The translations under genes and the position numbers were made by a program. Shown piece by piece: positions 43,951 to 56,752 of a stretch of DNA of 64,000 nucleotides. The stretch lies in assembly GCF_054482525.1 (NCBI RefSeq), contig NZ_CM137006.1; one strand, 5' to 3'. Position 1 is the first letter of the stretch; each line of letters opens with the position of its first letter. Under the pieces are notes generated by a model. The model worked only from the letters and a program-made list of their open reading frames with translations. It was not told where the DNA came from and did no database searches.

Positions 43951-44177
43951 CATCTTTATTCATTCACAGCGATTTTAACGGAATGTGTTCTACCACTTTA
44001 TTGAGCGAATAAAAGGCGTAGTTCCTCGATTAAACCATGATCCGCGCCACACTTTTCTCATAAAACTGCTCATTAATCATCAGGAGTTGATCAAAACAGG
44101 GGTTCGGCGTATTAAAGTTTGCTAACCTGTCGTACCAATTCAAACAGGTTGTATGACTAATCAGAAGGGAACCCATT

Positions 44178-45629
44178 GTGAAAACACTAAATCGTCGCGA
44201 TTTTCCCGGTGCACAGTATCCAGAACGTATCATTCAGTTTGGTGAAGGTAACTTCCTGCGCGCCTTTGTTGACTGGCAAATCGATCTCCTGAATGAGCAC
44301 ACCGATCTGAATTCTGGCGTGGTCGTTGTTCGTCCGATTGAAACTTCATTCCCACCGTCACTGAGCACACAGGATGGTCTGTACACCACCATTATCCGTG
44401 GCCTGAATGAGAAGGGTGAAGCGGTCAGCGATGCGCGTCTGATTCGCTCGGTTAATCGTGAAATCAGCGTCTACAGTGAATACGATGAATTCCTGAAACT
44501 GGCGCACAATCCGGAAATGCGCTTTGTTTTCTCTAACACCACCGAAGCGGGTATCAGCTACCATGCGGGCGATAAATTCGATGACGCGCCGGCGGTAAGT
44601 TATCCGGCAAAACTGACCCGTCTGCTGTTCGAACGTTTTAGCCATTTCAACGGTGCGCTGGATAAAGGTTGGATCATCATCCCGTGTGAGTTGATCGACT
44701 ACAATGGCGACGCGTTGCGTGAACTGGTTCTGCGCTATGCGCAAGAGTGGGCACTGCCAGAAGCATTTATTCAATGGCTGGATCAGGCTAACAGCTTCTG
44801 TTCTACGCTGGTGGACCGTATCGTTACCGGTTATCCGCGCGATGAAGTGGCTAAACTGGAAGAAGAACTGGGTTATCACGATGGTTTCCTCGACACCGCT
44901 GAACACTTTTACCTGTTTGTGATTCAGGGGCCGAAATCCTTAGCGACTGAGCTGCGCCTGGACAAATATCCGCTCAACGTGCTGATTGTTGACGATATTA
45001 AACCGTATAAAGAACGCAAAGTGGCAATACTCAACGGTGCGCACACCGCGCTGGTGCCGGTAGCGTTCCAGGCAGGGCTGGATACCGTAGGTGAAGCGAT
45101 GAACGATGCTGAAATTTGCGCATTCGTTGAAAAAGCCATCTACGAAGAAATTATTCCGGTACTGGATTTGCCACGCGATGAGCTGGAGTCTTTCGCCAGT
45201 GCAGTCACCGGACGTTTCCGTAACCCGTACATCAAGCATCAGCTGCTGTCTATCGCGCTCAACGGTATGACCAAGTTCCGCACACGCATCCTGCCGCAGC
45301 TGCTGGCAGGGCAGAAGGCAAACGGCACACTTCCGGCGCGCCTTACTTTCGCATTAGCGGCATTGATTGCGTTTTATCGCGGTAAGCGTAACGGAGAAAC
45401 ATATCCGGTACAGGACGATGCCCACTGGCTGGAACGTTATCAGCAACTCTGGAGCCAGCATCGTGACCGTGTTATCGGCACCCAGGAGTTGGTAGCGATT
45501 GTGTTGGCAGAAAAAGACCACTGGGAGCAGGACCTGACGCAAGTGCCTGGTCTGGTCGAGCAGGTTGCTAAGGACCTGGATGCGATTCTCGAAAAAGGAA
45601 TGCGCGAAGCTGTACGTCCGTTGTGCTAA
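44178..45629 (+). CDS. uxaB: altronate (tagaturonate) oxidoreductase UxaB
   Basis: 483-aa translation recognised as UxaB. Confidence 0.92.
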   Translation: MKTLNRRDFPGAQYPERIIQFGEGNFLRAFVDWQIDLLNEHTDLNSGVVVVRPIETSFPPSLSTQDGLYTTIIRGLNEKGEAVSDARLIRSVNREISVYSEYDEFLKLAHNPEMRFVFSNTTEAGISYHAGDKFDDAPAVSYPAKLTRLLFERFSHFNGALDKGWIIIPCELIDYNGDALRELVLRYAQEWALPEAFIQWLDQANSFCSTLVDRIVTGYPRDEVAKLEEELGYHDGFLDTAEHFYLFVIQGPKSLATELRLDKYPLNVLIVDDIKPYKERKVAILNGAHTALVPVAFQAGLDTVGEAMNDAEICAFVEKAIYEEIIPVLDLPRDELESFASAVTGRFRNPYIKHQLLSIALNGMTKFRTRILPQLLAGQKANGTLPARLTFALAALIAFYRGKRNGETYPVQDDAHWLERYQQLWSQHRDRVIGTQELVAIVLAEKDHWEQDLTQVPGLVEQVAKDLDAILEKGMREAVRPLC

Positions 45630-45636
45630 TACTCTG

Positions 45637-45668
45637 AACCCGGTTTCGACCGGGTTTCTTATTTTACT
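45637..45668 (+). terminator. intrinsic terminator aacccggt-ttcg-accgggtt + TCTTATTTT after uxaB
   Basis: perfect 8-bp stem, 4-nt loop, T-run. Confidence 0.75.
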
Positions 45669-45825
45669 ATATTAGTTACAACATCCTATGTGCCTTTATC
45701 ATTAACGGGTGCCATATGCCACACCTGTAAATGTTGTAAGCTTGTAGGTAATTTGTAAGTAGTGTCTTGAGAATGTGATCGTAATCACGTTTAATAGGAC
45801 GACTTTTCCACGCCTGAAGATAACC

Positions 45826-46740
45826 ATGATTGTTCGTCCACAACAACACTGGCTGCGCCGTATTTTTGTCTGGTACGGTTCAGTATTATCCAAGATATCC
45901 TCGCGCTTACTACTCAATTTTCTCTTTTCTATCGCTGTTATTTTCATGCTGCCCTGGTACACGCATTTGGGCATTAAATTCACCCTCGCACCGTTCAGCA
46001 TTCTCGGTGTCGCCATCGCCATTTTTCTTGGTTTTCGTAATAATGCCGGGTACGCCCGTTACGTTGAAGCGCGAAAACTTTGGGGGCAGTTGATGATTGC
46101 CTCACGGTCGTTACTGCGCGAGGTAAAAACGACATTGCCAGATTCGGCAAGTGTAAGGGAGTTTGCCCGGCTGCAAATCGCCTTCGCCCACTGTTTACGC
46201 ATGACATTACGCAAACAACCACAGGCGGAAGTGCTGGCACATTATCTCAAGACTGAAGATCTTCAGCGAGTACTGGCTTCAAACACTCCAGCTAACCGTA
46301 TCTTGTTAATAATGGGGGAATGGTTGGCGGTTCAGCGCCGCAATGGGCAGCTTTCAGATATCCTGTTTATTAGCCTCAACGATCGGCTTAACGATATTTC
46401 AGCGGTTCTGGCAGGCTGCGAGCGCATTGCCTACACGCCAATTCCCTTTGCCTACACCCTGATTTTGCATCGTACCGTTTATCTGTTTTGTATCATGCTG
46501 CCGTTCGCGCTGGTCGTGGACCTGCATTACATGACGCCTTTTATCTCTGTGCTGATTTCCTACACTTTTATTTCGCTGGATTGTCTGGCGGAAGAACTGG
46601 AAGATCCCTTCGGTACTGAAAACAATGATTTACCGCTGGATGCCATCTGCAACGCTATTGAAATTGACCTGTTACAGATGAACGATGAAGCAGAAATTCC
46701 GGCAAAAATTCTTTCCGATCGTCATTACCAGCTGACGTAA
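45826..46740 (+). CDS. yneE: bestrophin-family membrane protein YneE
   Basis: 304 aa from MIVRPQQHWLRRIF; track ORF begins 17 codons upstream. Confidence 0.85.
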   Translation: MIVRPQQHWLRRIFVWYGSVLSKISSRLLLNFLFSIAVIFMLPWYTHLGIKFTLAPFSILGVAIAIFLGFRNNAGYARYVEARKLWGQLMIASRSLLREVKTTLPDSASVREFARLQIAFAHCLRMTLRKQPQAEVLAHYLKTEDLQRVLASNTPANRILLIMGEWLAVQRRNGQLSDILFISLNDRLNDISAVLAGCERIAYTPIPFAYTLILHRTVYLFCIMLPFALVVDLHYMTPFISVLISYTFISLDCLAEELEDPFGTENNDLPLDAICNAIEIDLLQMNDEAEIPAKILSDRHYQLT

Positions 46741-46743
46741 TAT

Positions 46744-47502
46744 TTACTCCGTACGCCGGGCAACAATAAACAGACGCGGAAATGCCAGCAGTATCTGTCC
46801 GTTCTCTTGCAGTGGATACTGCTCTTCCAGCATCTGATGGTAGCGCGTAAGAAAATGCTGCTGTTCGCTCTCGGTCAGATCCTGTAACCACGGACGTAAT
46901 CCAGTGGCGGTCACCCAATCGATAATCGCCTGGTGCGACGGCATCTGGTGATAGTAGGTGGTTCGCCAGATATCGACCTCACATCCGGCTTCGCTCAAAA
47001 TATCGTAGTAAGCATGAACGCCAGCCAGCGGCTCACGCCCGCGATCCGGATAATTTTGTTCCCAGGCGACTTCGCGCATGAGCACATGGGTTGGCTCTAG
47101 CCAGTTATCTGGCATCTGTACTGCCAACACACCATGCGAATTAAGTAAAGAAACCAGATGAGGGAACAATTCGTAGTGGTCGGGCAGCCATTGCAGTGAG
47201 GCATTAGCAAAAATCAGATCGAGTGTCTGTTCCGGTTGCCAATTGCGGATATCTGCTTCCACAAACTGGCAGTCCGGCAAAGCACTGCGCGCTTCGGCAA
47301 CCATCGCCGGAGACGAGTCGATGCCCGTTATCCTGGCCGCAGGCCAACGTTGATGCAGCAGGGCGGTGCTGTTACCTGGGCCACAGCCAAGATCGGCAAC
47401 GTATTTGATATTCTCCAGCGGCACTCTGGCAAGCAGCTCCACCGCCGGACGCGATCGTTCAGCGGCAAAGTGCAGATATAAAGAGGGGTTCCAGTCAGAC
47501 AT
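46744..47502 (-). CDS. tam: trans-aconitate 2-methyltransferase Tam
   Basis: 252 aa with SAM-binding motif DLGCGPGN. Confidence 0.9.
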   Translation of the reverse strand: MSDWNPSLYLHFAAERSRPAVELLARVPLENIKYVADLGCGPGNSTALLHQRWPAARITGIDSSPAMVAEARSALPDCQFVEADIRNWQPEQTLDLIFANASLQWLPDHYELFPHLVSLLNSHGVLAVQMPDNWLEPTHVLMREVAWEQNYPDRGREPLAGVHAYYDILSEAGCEVDIWRTTYYHQMPSHQAIIDWVTATGLRPWLQDLTESEQQHFLTRYHQMLEEQYPLQENGQILLAFPRLFIVARRTE

Positions 47503-47557
47503 TTTTTACTCCCGTCAGCGCGTTACCCCAATTGTAGATAAAATTGATAAATTCGCC

Positions 47558-47848
47558 TCACGGCATCAACCCATTGAACAGACGTTTTTTACGCGGCCCG
47601 GTCATTAAAGATTCCAGTTTCGCGACACAGGTTTTGTAGTGGGGCGTGGTTTTATGGAACGCCACTGCGTCTTCATCTTTATAGGCTTCGTAGATAAAAA
47701 AGCGCGAATTCACTTCCGGGTCCTGTAAGACATCGAAGCGCAAATTGCCTTCTTCCTGTACCGAGCCCAGGTGGTTCTGGCGAAAAACTTCGATAAACTC
47801 GTCAACCTTGTCTTCATGAACGTTAATTTCAACCAGTGTGACGTGCAT
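47558..47848 (-). CDS. lsrG: phospho-AI-2 isomerase LsrG
   Basis: 96-aa ORF at 3' end of lsr operon. Confidence 0.9.
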   Translation of the reverse strand: MHVTLVEINVHEDKVDEFIEVFRQNHLGSVQEEGNLRFDVLQDPEVNSRFFIYEAYKDEDAVAFHKTTPHYKTCVAKLESLMTGPRKKRLFNGLMP

Positions 47849-47871
47849 AATTCTTCTCCTTAAATCCGCAG

Positions 47872-48747
47872 TTACTGTTTTTCACTCAGATAGAGTTCAT
47901 ATGCCCGATCAGCCGTTTCGTTATGGTGTACCACCGCCTGTACGGCTTTCATCATCGCCACCGGATGGTCAGACTGGAAAATATTACGCCCCATATCCAC
48001 ACCAGAAGCGCCCTGATCGATAGCCTGCCAGCACATTTCAAGCGCTTCGCGCTCCGGTAACTTTTTACCGCCAGCAATAACAATGGGTACCGGACATCCG
48101 GCAACAATCCGTTCAAAACCTTTATCGACATAATAAGTTTTGATAATCTGCGCCCCCATTTCAGCGGCGATTCGGGTAGCCAGCGAGAAATAACGCTGAT
48201 CGCGCACCATATCTTTGCCCACGCCTGTCACGGCCATGGTGGGCATTCCCGCTTTCATTCCGGCATCGACCAGTTGAATAATATTTTTGATCGACTGGTG
48301 TTCATATTCGCTACCGATATAAACCTGCGCCGCCACCGCGCAACTGTTCAGGCGCACGGCGTCATCCATCGATAACGCCACGGCTTCATTACTTAATTCC
48401 GCCAGAATAGAGTTTGCACCTGACGCCCGCAGTACCACCGGCTTATTGGTCGCCGGGGGGACTACGCTGCGCAAAATGCCGCGCGTACACATTAATACAT
48501 CGGCATGTTCAAACAGCGGGGCGATATTTATATCAATGCGTTCAAGTCCGGTAGTCGGCCCCTGAAAATAACCATGGTCAAAGGCCAGCATCACGGTTTT
48601 ACCCGTTTTCGGATTAAATATCCGCGATAAGCGTGACTGCATTCCCCAATCCAGTGCACCGCAACCTTTCAGGGTAAAAGGGATATTTTGTTGCGGTTGA
48701 TCGGTACGAAAATCTTTACCATCTTTAATATCGTCTAAATCTGCCAT
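47872..48747 (-). CDS. lsrF: 3-hydroxy-5-phosphonooxypentane-2,4-dione thiolase LsrF (aldolase family)
   Basis: 291-aa translation recognised. Confidence 0.9.
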   Translation of the reverse strand: MADLDDIKDGKDFRTDQPQQNIPFTLKGCGALDWGMQSRLSRIFNPKTGKTVMLAFDHGYFQGPTTGLERIDINIAPLFEHADVLMCTRGILRSVVPPATNKPVVLRASGANSILAELSNEAVALSMDDAVRLNSCAVAAQVYIGSEYEHQSIKNIIQLVDAGMKAGMPTMAVTGVGKDMVRDQRYFSLATRIAAEMGAQIIKTYYVDKGFERIVAGCPVPIVIAGGKKLPEREALEMCWQAIDQGASGVDMGRNIFQSDHPVAMMKAVQAVVHHNETADRAYELYLSEKQ

Positions 48748-48773
48748 AACGTACTCCGGTTAAGTAATGCACA

Positions 48774-49796
48774 TCAGAAATCGTATTTGCCGATATTCTC
48801 TTTGTTGAATATCACGCGCTCCGGTAACAGTACGATGCCATTACCATCCGCTTCGTAGTCATAGCCCTGAACGCTGTTTGGCGAGACTTCCACCTGACCT
48901 ACGCCCTGAATATCCAGCTTGTCGCCCGTTTTCATTGATCCTTTTTTCAATAATTCATCCGCGACATAAACTGAAATTTTGCCTTGCTGAACCACATCCC
49001 ACAGGCCAAATTCTTTCACCGTGCCGCGTTCCACATACGGACGCATCACGTTTGGCGTACTGAATCCGACAATCGCAACTTTGTCATTTTTCAGGTTTTC
49101 TGCGGCTTGTGCGGCAGCGGGCAGGGCGTTGGCGTCGGGGGCGATAATGGCGTCGAGATCGCTATACGCTTTTAATATTCCTTCTGCGGTTTGTAACGAT
49201 TTAGTGGCATCGTTATAGCCAAACTGCGTAGTGACAATTTCCCAGCCTGGATGCTCTTTGGCGATTTTCGCTTTCGCTTCTTTCACCCACTGGTTTTGGT
49301 CCGTAACGGTGGGGCTTGAGTAGAAAAACGCGACTTTGGCTTTGTCTTTATTCACCTGACGCGCCGCCATATCCACCAACATACCTCCCAACTGGGCGGG
49401 CGTTCCCTGATTAATGTAGTAAGAGCGGCACTCCGGTTTAGTATCAGAGTCCCAGGTCAGCACTCTCACACCACGTTGCATGGCGCGTTTCAGTGCCGGA
49501 CACAAGCCATCAGGCGAAACCGCAGAAACGATAATGGCGTTATAACCCTGATTGACGAAGTTATTAATCAACTGTACCTGACCAGAAACACTGGGTTCTG
49601 TCGGCCCGTCGTAGGTCACATCAACGCCCAGCTCTTTACCCGCTTGTTGTGCGCCGTTGCCACCGCTGGTAAAAAATCCCACGCCAACCAGTTTGGGAAT
49701 AAATGCAATACGCTCTGCGGCCTGCACATTCATAGAGATTGCGGCAATGCCAAGCGCGCTAAGTAAGGCGATTTTCTTAAAGCGATGAAGTGTCAT
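48774..49796 (-). CDS. lsrB: periplasmic AI-2-binding protein LsrB
   Basis: 340 aa with signal peptide. Confidence 0.9.
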   Translation of the reverse strand: MTLHRFKKIALLSALGIAAISMNVQAAERIAFIPKLVGVGFFTSGGNGAQQAGKELGVDVTYDGPTEPSVSGQVQLINNFVNQGYNAIIVSAVSPDGLCPALKRAMQRGVRVLTWDSDTKPECRSYYINQGTPAQLGGMLVDMAARQVNKDKAKVAFFYSSPTVTDQNQWVKEAKAKIAKEHPGWEIVTTQFGYNDATKSLQTAEGILKAYSDLDAIIAPDANALPAAAQAAENLKNDKVAIVGFSTPNVMRPYVERGTVKEFGLWDVVQQGKISVYVADELLKKGSMKTGDKLDIQGVGQVEVSPNSVQGYDYEADGNGIVLLPERVIFNKENIGKYDF

Positions 49797-49807
49797 GAAG
49801 ATATCCT

Positions 49808-50800
49808 TTATGGCAATGGGTTATTGGCCCGACGCGCCAGCCACTCTTTAATTTGCTGGCGATGCAGGCTAACGGAACGACCTACGACAACGACGATAAG
49901 TAGCGCACCGGAAAGGGCGCTGGACACCTGATTTGGCACTCCTGCCATTTGCAAACCTTGTTGCAAATATCCCACTAATAAAACCGCAATGGCGGTGCCG
50001 ATAATGGAACCGGAACCACCATAAATATTGGCACCGCCAAGCACCACGGCGGTGATGGCGGGCATCAGAAACGACGCACCGAGATCGGAACGTGCTGATC
50101 CAAAATACGATACCAGCAGCACAGCGGCGACTGCAGACGCCAGCCCCGTCATGGCATAGAGCGCACATAAGGTGCGGTTAACTGGAATCGCGCTATAAAG
50201 CGCCACGCGCGGGCTTTGCCCAATCAAAAACACGTTACGTCCGGCATGGGTTTTATGCAGCCAGAGCCAGAAAACGAGGAGACATATCAGAAAGATAATC
50301 AGCGGAACGGGGAGTCCCAGCACATCCAGGTTAGCGAAATCTGTAAACGCCATCGGGAATCCACCAATACCTTCGTACCCCGTCGCTCCGGCCATCCCGG
50401 AAAGCAGCAGAGCGCTTCCGGCAAACAGATACAGCGTGCCAAGCGTAATCACCAGCGGGTTAACTTTGGTATAGATAATTAATCCGGCGTTGATCAGCCC
50501 GCACAATGCGCCGAGCAGTAAGGTCAGGAGAATCGCCAGCGGCATCGGCACACCACTTTGAAACAATACGCCCAATGCAATGGCGCAGAGGCCGATGGTC
50601 GAACCAAACGAAATATCGATCCCACCACTGACAATCACCATCGTCAGCGGTAGGGCGACAATGCCAATGCAGATAAAGTCACTGGTGCTGAACAGCAACA
50701 TATTGAGATCTAACATCCGCGGGTTAATTGCACCAAATGCAACAATCTCAATAACGAGCAGTGCGGCAAGAGCCAGTTCCCAACCGTAGCGAATACGCAT
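49808..50800 (-). CDS. lsrD: AI-2 ABC transporter permease LsrD
   Basis: 330-aa permease. Confidence 0.9.
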   Translation of the reverse strand: MRIRYGWELALAALLVIEIVAFGAINPRMLDLNMLLFSTSDFICIGIVALPLTMVIVSGGIDISFGSTIGLCAIALGVLFQSGVPMPLAILLTLLLGALCGLINAGLIIYTKVNPLVITLGTLYLFAGSALLLSGMAGATGYEGIGGFPMAFTDFANLDVLGLPVPLIIFLICLLVFWLWLHKTHAGRNVFLIGQSPRVALYSAIPVNRTLCALYAMTGLASAVAAVLLVSYFGSARSDLGASFLMPAITAVVLGGANIYGGSGSIIGTAIAVLLVGYLQQGLQMAGVPNQVSSALSGALLIVVVVGRSVSLHRQQIKEWLARRANNPLP

Positions 50801-51828
50801 TACGCGGCCTCCCGTTTTTTACCTGACGAAGCGGGTTTAACGGATGGCGGTAGCATCATAAAGCGGGCATATTTTTGCCGCCGCAGATTACGTTCCAGCG
50901 CACAACGCAGGCGTCCATCAAACACCAGCACCGCCAGCAGAACCAGGCCCGCGATAAAATCATTCCACCATGCCGGAATGCGCAACAGCACCAGTACACT
51001 ATCGATCTGCGTCAGGAACCATGCGCCGAGTACCGCACCGATGATCGCGCCGGAACCGCCGAGCAAACTAATGCCGCCCAGCACGCAGGCTGCAATTGCT
51101 TTCATCTCCAGCCCGGTACCGGTCTGGTTGGGGATAAAACCAATCTGCGAAGCAAACACAATCCCCGCCAGTGCCGCCATGCAGCCGTTCAACGAAAATG
51201 CCACAATGCGAATGGCTTCCGTACGAACGCCCAGTTGACGAGCGCCCTGTAAATTATCGCCCGTGGCATAAAAACTGCGTCCAAACGCCGTCTTTGCCAG
51301 CAGCCAGGCCATAAATGCCACCAGAATTATCGTCAACCAACCAATCGCGGAAACGCCAAACAGCAGCGGGGCGGAGAGCTGTTTCAGTTCGGCGGGTAAC
51401 CCTTCAATCCATTTGCCGCCAGTCCACAGCAACATGATGCCTCTGTACAACCCTAACGTGCCAAGGGTGGCGACAATGGCAGGGATCTTTAGCCACGCGA
51501 CCAGGACACCGTTGAAAAATCCCGCGAGCAAACCAAGCAGTAAAGTCGCGACACAAGCAACAGGTAGTGAATACCCCGCGTTCAGTAACATCCCCAACAG
51601 CACCGCGCACATTCCGGTAATCGAACCCACTGAAACATCAATATTGCGCGTAAGCATTACCAGCGTCGCGCCCATTGCCAGCAGGATCAGGATTTGCGCG
51701 CTGCTATAAACCATGGTCAGCGTTTGCACACTTAAATACTGACGGTCGAGAAAACCGGGTAATAGAAACAGCAGCACCACCGCCAGCAGTGCCGTGATTT
51801 CACGGTTGTTCTGAATAAATTTCAGCAT
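50800..51828 (-). CDS. lsrC: AI-2 ABC transporter permease LsrC
   Basis: 342-aa permease; overlaps lsrA and lsrD ends. Confidence 0.9.
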   Translation of the reverse strand: MLKFIQNNREITALLAVVLLFLLPGFLDRQYLSVQTLTMVYSSAQILILLAMGATLVMLTRNIDVSVGSITGMCAVLLGMLLNAGYSLPVACVATLLLGLLAGFFNGVLVAWLKIPAIVATLGTLGLYRGIMLLWTGGKWIEGLPAELKQLSAPLLFGVSAIGWLTIILVAFMAWLLAKTAFGRSFYATGDNLQGARQLGVRTEAIRIVAFSLNGCMAALAGIVFASQIGFIPNQTGTGLEMKAIAACVLGGISLLGGSGAIIGAVLGAWFLTQIDSVLVLLRIPAWWNDFIAGLVLLAVLVFDGRLRCALERNLRRQKYARFMMLPPSVKPASSGKKREAA

Positions 51829-53357
51829 GACGCCTCCTGACGCTGACTATCGCCGAAGGCAACGCGCATAATAGTCTCGACATTAATATCGCGCCCGGTC
51901 AGTGCAGAGTGGGCAATTTCGCCCTGATGCATCACATACACACGATCTGCCATCAGTTCGATCTCTTCGAGATCAGAGGAGATAAGCAGCACAGCCACAT
52001 TCTGTGCGGCGATGCTGCGCAACAGTTGGTAGATATCATTACGCGCCGAGACATCCACGCCGCGCGTCGGCTCATCGACAATCAATACTTGCGGCGAGGC
52101 TTCCAGGCATTTGGCAATCAGGATTTTTTGCTGGTTGCCACCGGATAATGTCCGTGCAGCTTGTTCCGGTTGGTTAAATTTAATATTCAGCGCCCGACGA
52201 TATCGTTCCAGGGTGGCATTATCTTTCGCGGTTTTCGCCCAGAATCCACGAAGGTTATGAGTAAGGGCGCAGACGTTCCAGGCCAGCGAAGCATCGAGAT
52301 TCAGTCCGGATGACTGGCGATCTTCCGGCAGATAAACCAGACCGCGCAGTAAACGTTCTCCAGTGGATAATTTATTGATCTCTTTACCATTCAGCATAAT
52401 GCGTCCGCCACGCAAAGTACGCAGACCATAGAGCGTCTCGGCCAGTTCTGTGCGTCCGGCACCCACCAGCCCAGCCAGACCCAGAATTTCTCCGGCATTG
52501 AGCGTCAGGCTGACATTCCTGAAACCTTCGCCGGTCAGATTTTCTAGTGTCAGCATCGACGTTCCCGCGGCATGTTGTGGGCGGTTGCCAGGTAATTCCA
52601 GCCATAATTTTTGGCTGGCAGAGAGCGATTTTTCCCGTAGCGCTGGCGTAATGGCCTGAATAATGTCGTCGGTAGACAGTTCGCTGGTTTTGCCGCTTAA
52701 GGCGATGGTTCCGTCGCGCATCACGCTAATTCGATCAGCAATCTGGCGAATTTCCGGCAGCTTATGCGAGATAAAAACAATACCCACGCCAGTAGCAAGC
52801 AGCTCTTGCAAGCGACGAAACAAGCGTTCGGTTTCCGCAGGGGTAAGCGAGGCGGTAGGTTCATCGAGGATCAGAATCCGCGAGTCGCGCATCAGCCCGC
52901 GGAGGATTTCCACCATTTGGCGATCGGCGACATCCAGCGATCCTGCCAGACTATGCAGATCAAACTGGCAGCCCAGCGCCGCCAGCAAGTTCTTCATTTT
53001 CTGCATGGAGAGCTGTTTTTTTGCCAGCCCAAACAGGATGTTTTCTTTTATCGACAGGCTTGGGAAAAGCAGCGGTTCCTGGGGAACGAGATAAATACCC
53101 AACTGATGAGCATGAACTGGCGTTAATCTGGTGTAGTTGTTGCCCCCAATCTCCAGCGTACCGCTATCAGCAGGGGTAATACCGGCAATAATCTTCATTA
53201 ACGTCGATTTACCGGCACCATTGCCGCCGAGCAGGGCGTGGACCTCCCCCTGATGCAACGTAAAATCGATGCCTTTCAGGACATTAACCCCTGAATACTG
53301 TTTATAAACCGAGCGGGCGCAAAGTAGCGGTAACGCGCGGGTATCACTCGTTTGCAT
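51822..53357 (-). CDS. lsrA: AI-2 ABC transporter ATPase LsrA (tandem ABC domains)
   Basis: 511 aa with two Walker A motifs ([18 protein letters not shown]). Confidence 0.92.
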   Translation of the reverse strand: MQTSDTRALPLLCARSVYKQYSGVNVLKGIDFTLHQGEVHALLGGNGAGKSTLMKIIAGITPADSGTLEIGGNNYTRLTPVHAHQLGIYLVPQEPLLFPSLSIKENILFGLAKKQLSMQKMKNLLAALGCQFDLHSLAGSLDVADRQMVEILRGLMRDSRILILDEPTASLTPAETERLFRRLQELLATGVGIVFISHKLPEIRQIADRISVMRDGTIALSGKTSELSTDDIIQAITPALREKSLSASQKLWLELPGNRPQHAAGTSMLTLENLTGEGFRNVSLTLNAGEILGLAGLVGAGRTELAETLYGLRTLRGGRIMLNGKEINKLSTGERLLRGLVYLPEDRQSSGLNLDASLAWNVCALTHNLRGFWAKTAKDNATLERYRRALNIKFNQPEQAARTLSGGNQQKILIAKCLEASPQVLIVDEPTRGVDVSARNDIYQLLRSIAAQNVAVLLISSDLEEIELMADRVYVMHQGEIAHSALTGRDINVETIMRVAFGDSQRQEASC

Positions 53358-53521
53358 ATTTCCCCCGTTCAGTTTTGCAGGTGAGTTTTGAACAAATGTA
53401 TTTCTGCTTTTAATTTGTTCATAACCTTAGGTGGACATTGCACATATTTCCGACGAATAGATCACAATTTATGCTATTTTGATTTTCACGGTTGCGTTTG
53501 TTCATGCTCGTAGAGTCAAAC

Positions 53522-53537
53522 TGTGGTTGCCATCACA
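53522..53537. promoter_or_regulatory. candidate cAMP-CRP site TGTGG-N6-TCACA in the divergent lsrA/lsrR control region
   Basis: one mismatch to TGTGA-N6-TCACA, read directly; lsr expression is known to need CRP; site not otherwise verified. Confidence 0.45.
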
Positions 53538-53605
53538 GATATAAATGCGCAATAACTGAACAATTGCATTAAAGATTTAAGTATGTTCAAAGTGAAGAAT
53601 GAATT

Positions 53606-54559
53606 ATGACAATCAACGATTCGGTAATTTCAGAACAGGGAATGTGTGAAGAAGAACAGGTCGCGCGGATTGCGTGGTTTTACTACCACGACGGGCTGAC
53701 CCAGAGTGAGATCAGCGATCGTCTCGGCCTGACCCGTTTGAAAGTGTCGCGATTACTGGAGAAAGGGCATCAATCCGGCATTATTCGCGTACAGATTAAT
53801 TCTCGCTTTGAAGGCTGTCTGGAATATGAAACACAATTACGTCGTCAGTTTTCGCTGCAACATGTCCGGGTGATCCCAGGGCTTGCGGATGCTGATGTCG
53901 GCGGGCGACTAGGGATAGGCGCGGCGCATATGTTGATGAGTTTACTTCAACCACAACAGATGCTGGCGATTGGTTTTGGCGAGGCAACCATGAATACGCT
54001 GCAACGCTTAAGTGGTTTTATTTCGTCACAGCAAATTCGCCTGGTCACGCTCTCCGGTGGAGTCGGTTCTTATATGACGGGTATCGGGCAGCTTAACGCG
54101 GCGTGCAGTGTGAATATTATTCCGGCTCCGTTGCGGGCATCCTCCGCTGACATTGCCCGTACGCTAAAAAATGAAAATTGCGTCAAAGATGTTCTGCTAG
54201 CCGCGCAAGCAGCGGATGTGGCGATTGTCGGCATTGGGGCTGTGAGTCAACAAGACGACGCAACAATCATTCGCTCCGGCTATATCAGCCAGGGCGAACA
54301 GTTAATGATTGGTCGAAAAGGGGCTGTTGGCGACATTTTAGGCTACTTTTTTGATGCAAAAGGTGACGTTGTCACGGATATCAAAATACATAACGAACTG
54401 ATTGGCTTACCTTTAAGCGCGCTGAAGACTATTCCCGTCCGGGTTGGCGTGGCAGGGGGAGAAAATAAAGCCGAAGCAATTGCCGCTGCAATGAAAGGCG
54501 GTTATATCAACGCACTGGTTACCGATCAGGATACTGCAGCGGCGATTTTACGTAGTTAA
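53606..54559 (+). CDS. lsrR: lsr operon repressor LsrR (SorC family)
   Basis: 317-aa translation recognised. Confidence 0.92.
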   Translation: MTINDSVISEQGMCEEEQVARIAWFYYHDGLTQSEISDRLGLTRLKVSRLLEKGHQSGIIRVQINSRFEGCLEYETQLRRQFSLQHVRVIPGLADADVGGRLGIGAAHMLMSLLQPQQMLAIGFGEATMNTLQRLSGFISSQQIRLVTLSGGVGSYMTGIGQLNAACSVNIIPAPLRASSADIARTLKNENCVKDVLLAAQAADVAIVGIGAVSQQDDATIIRSGYISQGEQLMIGRKGAVGDILGYFFDAKGDVVTDIKIHNELIGLPLSALKTIPVRVGVAGGENKAEAIAAAMKGGYINALVTDQDTAAAILRS

Positions 54560-54636
54560 ATTTGCATGACCTATTACCGGGAATGATGGAGAACGTACAG
54601 AGGAACAGACAGAACGCATAAGCCGAGGATAATCTA

Positions 54637-56229
54637 ATGGCTCGACTCTTTACCCCTTCAGAATCAAAGTACTACCTGATGGCGCTGGATGCAGGCACCG
54701 GAAGTATTCGGGCTGTGATATTCGACCTGGAAGGCAATCAAATAGCAGTGGGACAGGCGGAGTGGCGGCATCTGGCAGTACCGGACGTTCCTGGTTCTAT
54801 GGAATTTGATCTCAACAAAAACTGGCAACTGGCGTGTGAGTGTATGCGCCAGGCGCTGCACAACGCCGGCATAGCCCCGGAGTATATCGCTGCCGTTTCG
54901 GCATGTTCGATGCGCGAAGGCATTGTTTTATATAACAATGAAGGAACACCGATCTGGGCCTGCGCCAATGTGGATGCCAGAGCGGCGCGCGAAGTTAGCG
55001 AACTTAAAGAACTGCACAGCAATACCTTTGAAAACGAAGTTTATCGCGCCACCGGACAAACGCTGGCTTTAAGCGCTATTCCCAGATTACTTTGGCTGGC
55101 GCACCATCGTTCTGATATCTACCGACAGGCGTCGACCATCACCATGATCAGCGACTGGCTGGCCTATATGCTCAGCGGCGAACTGGCGGTGGATCCCTCT
55201 AACGCTGGCACCACGGGACTTCTTGATCTAACCACCCGTGACTGGAAACCTGCATTGCTGGATATGGCCGGACTGCGGGCCGATATTCTTTCTCCTGTCA
55301 AAGAAACCGGCACATTGCTGGGCGTGGTAAGTTCACAAGCGGCGGAACTCTGCGGTCTGAAGGCGGGCACTCCGGTGGTCGTTGGAGGAGGCGACGTGCA
55401 ACTTGGTTGCCTGGGGTTAGGCGTTGTGCGTCCGGCACAAACCGCTGTTCTTGGCGGCACATTCTGGCAGCAAGTTGTAAACTTAGCCGCGCCGGTGACA
55501 GACCCAGAAATGAACGTGCGCGTTAATCCTCATGTTATTCCTGGCATGGTACAAGCTGAATCTATAAGCTTTTTTACCGGACTCACCATGCGCTGGTTCC
55601 GCGATGCTTTCTGTGCCGAAGAAAAACTGATTGCCGAACGTTTAGGCATCGACACCTATACGCTGCTGGAAGAGATGGCAAGTCGGGTGCCGCCTGGGTC
55701 GTGGGGCGTAATGCCGATATTCTCCGACAGAATGCGCTTTAAAACCTGGTATCACGCTGCGCCTTCCTTTATTAATTTGTCTATTGATCCGGATAAATGT
55801 AACAAAGCGACGTTGTTCCGTGCGCTGGAAGAAAATGCGGCGATTGTATCAGCGTGTAACTTGCAGCAAATCGCTGATTTCTCGAATATTCATCCTTCAT
55901 CGTTAGTCTTTGCAGGCGGAGGTTCAAAAGGGAAATTATGGAGTCAAATTCTCGCTGATGTCTCGGGATTACCCGTCAATATTCCGGTGGTCAAAGAAGC
56001 CACCGCATTAGGATGTGCCATTGCAGCTGGCGTCGGTGCCGGAATTTTTTCATCAATGGCAGAAACCGGAGAACGCCTGGTTCGCTGGGAACGGACGCAC
56101 ACACCAGACCCAGAAAAGCATGAACTTTATCAGGATTCACGCGATAAGTGGCAGGCAGTTTATCAGGATCAGCTGGGGCTGGTTGATCACGGGCTGACGA
56201 CGTCGTTATGGAAAGCGCCTGGGTTATAG
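54637..56229 (+). CDS. lsrK: autoinducer-2 kinase LsrK (FGGY carbohydrate kinase family)
   Basis: 530-aa translation recognised. Confidence 0.92.
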   Translation: MARLFTPSESKYYLMALDAGTGSIRAVIFDLEGNQIAVGQAEWRHLAVPDVPGSMEFDLNKNWQLACECMRQALHNAGIAPEYIAAVSACSMREGIVLYNNEGTPIWACANVDARAAREVSELKELHSNTFENEVYRATGQTLALSAIPRLLWLAHHRSDIYRQASTITMISDWLAYMLSGELAVDPSNAGTTGLLDLTTRDWKPALLDMAGLRADILSPVKETGTLLGVVSSQAAELCGLKAGTPVVVGGGDVQLGCLGLGVVRPAQTAVLGGTFWQQVVNLAAPVTDPEMNVRVNPHVIPGMVQAESISFFTGLTMRWFRDAFCAEEKLIAERLGIDTYTLLEEMASRVPPGSWGVMPIFSDRMRFKTWYHAAPSFINLSIDPDKCNKATLFRALEENAAIVSACNLQQIADFSNIHPSSLVFAGGGSKGKLWSQILADVSGLPVNIPVVKEATALGCAIAAGVGAGIFSSMAETGERLVRWERTHTPDPEKHELYQDSRDKWQAVYQDQLGLVDHGLTTSLWKAPGL

Positions 56230-56237
56230 TTTCATTG

Positions 56238-56274
56238 ACAGCCACATCATGATGACCGTGGCTGTTAGTTTTTG
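56238..56274 (+). terminator. intrinsic terminator acagccac/gtggctgt + TAGTTTTT after lsrK
   Basis: 8-bp stem, 12-nt loop, T-run. Confidence 0.65.
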
Positions 56275-56752
56275 AGTATTCTTATTTCCCTTCTTTTAGA
56301 GCTGGTTTGTTAAATGCCAGCTTGCAGATTCATCGTTCCATCGCCAGTAATATATTCAAGGGGAAATTGCTATTTTTCTTAAAATATTAAGCATAACCCT
56401 TATTTTATAGCGAATATTCCTAAAGGCATAAATGAATGAAAAAGAGTTTTAATAGAGTTCTTTTTTAGCAATTAATGCTATTCTTTGTTAAATATGATGA
56501 TGGTAATTTTCTTATTAAAAGAAACATTTTTCTTATTAAGCAACAATAACTCATGGTTCATTTTTAAATAAAATAAGAACTATGCAATTTTTAATCTATC
56601 AATTCGAAAGTATTAGCAAATTAGCCAAATTGACACCTTCCCACCTCCAACCAACACTCAATACAGACCTCTGACAATTTAATAAGTTTCATTTTTAATG
56701 TCTGACGACTCATCTCTTTCGTGGCTGTATTGTTTGTATATGGAGCGTTTAT

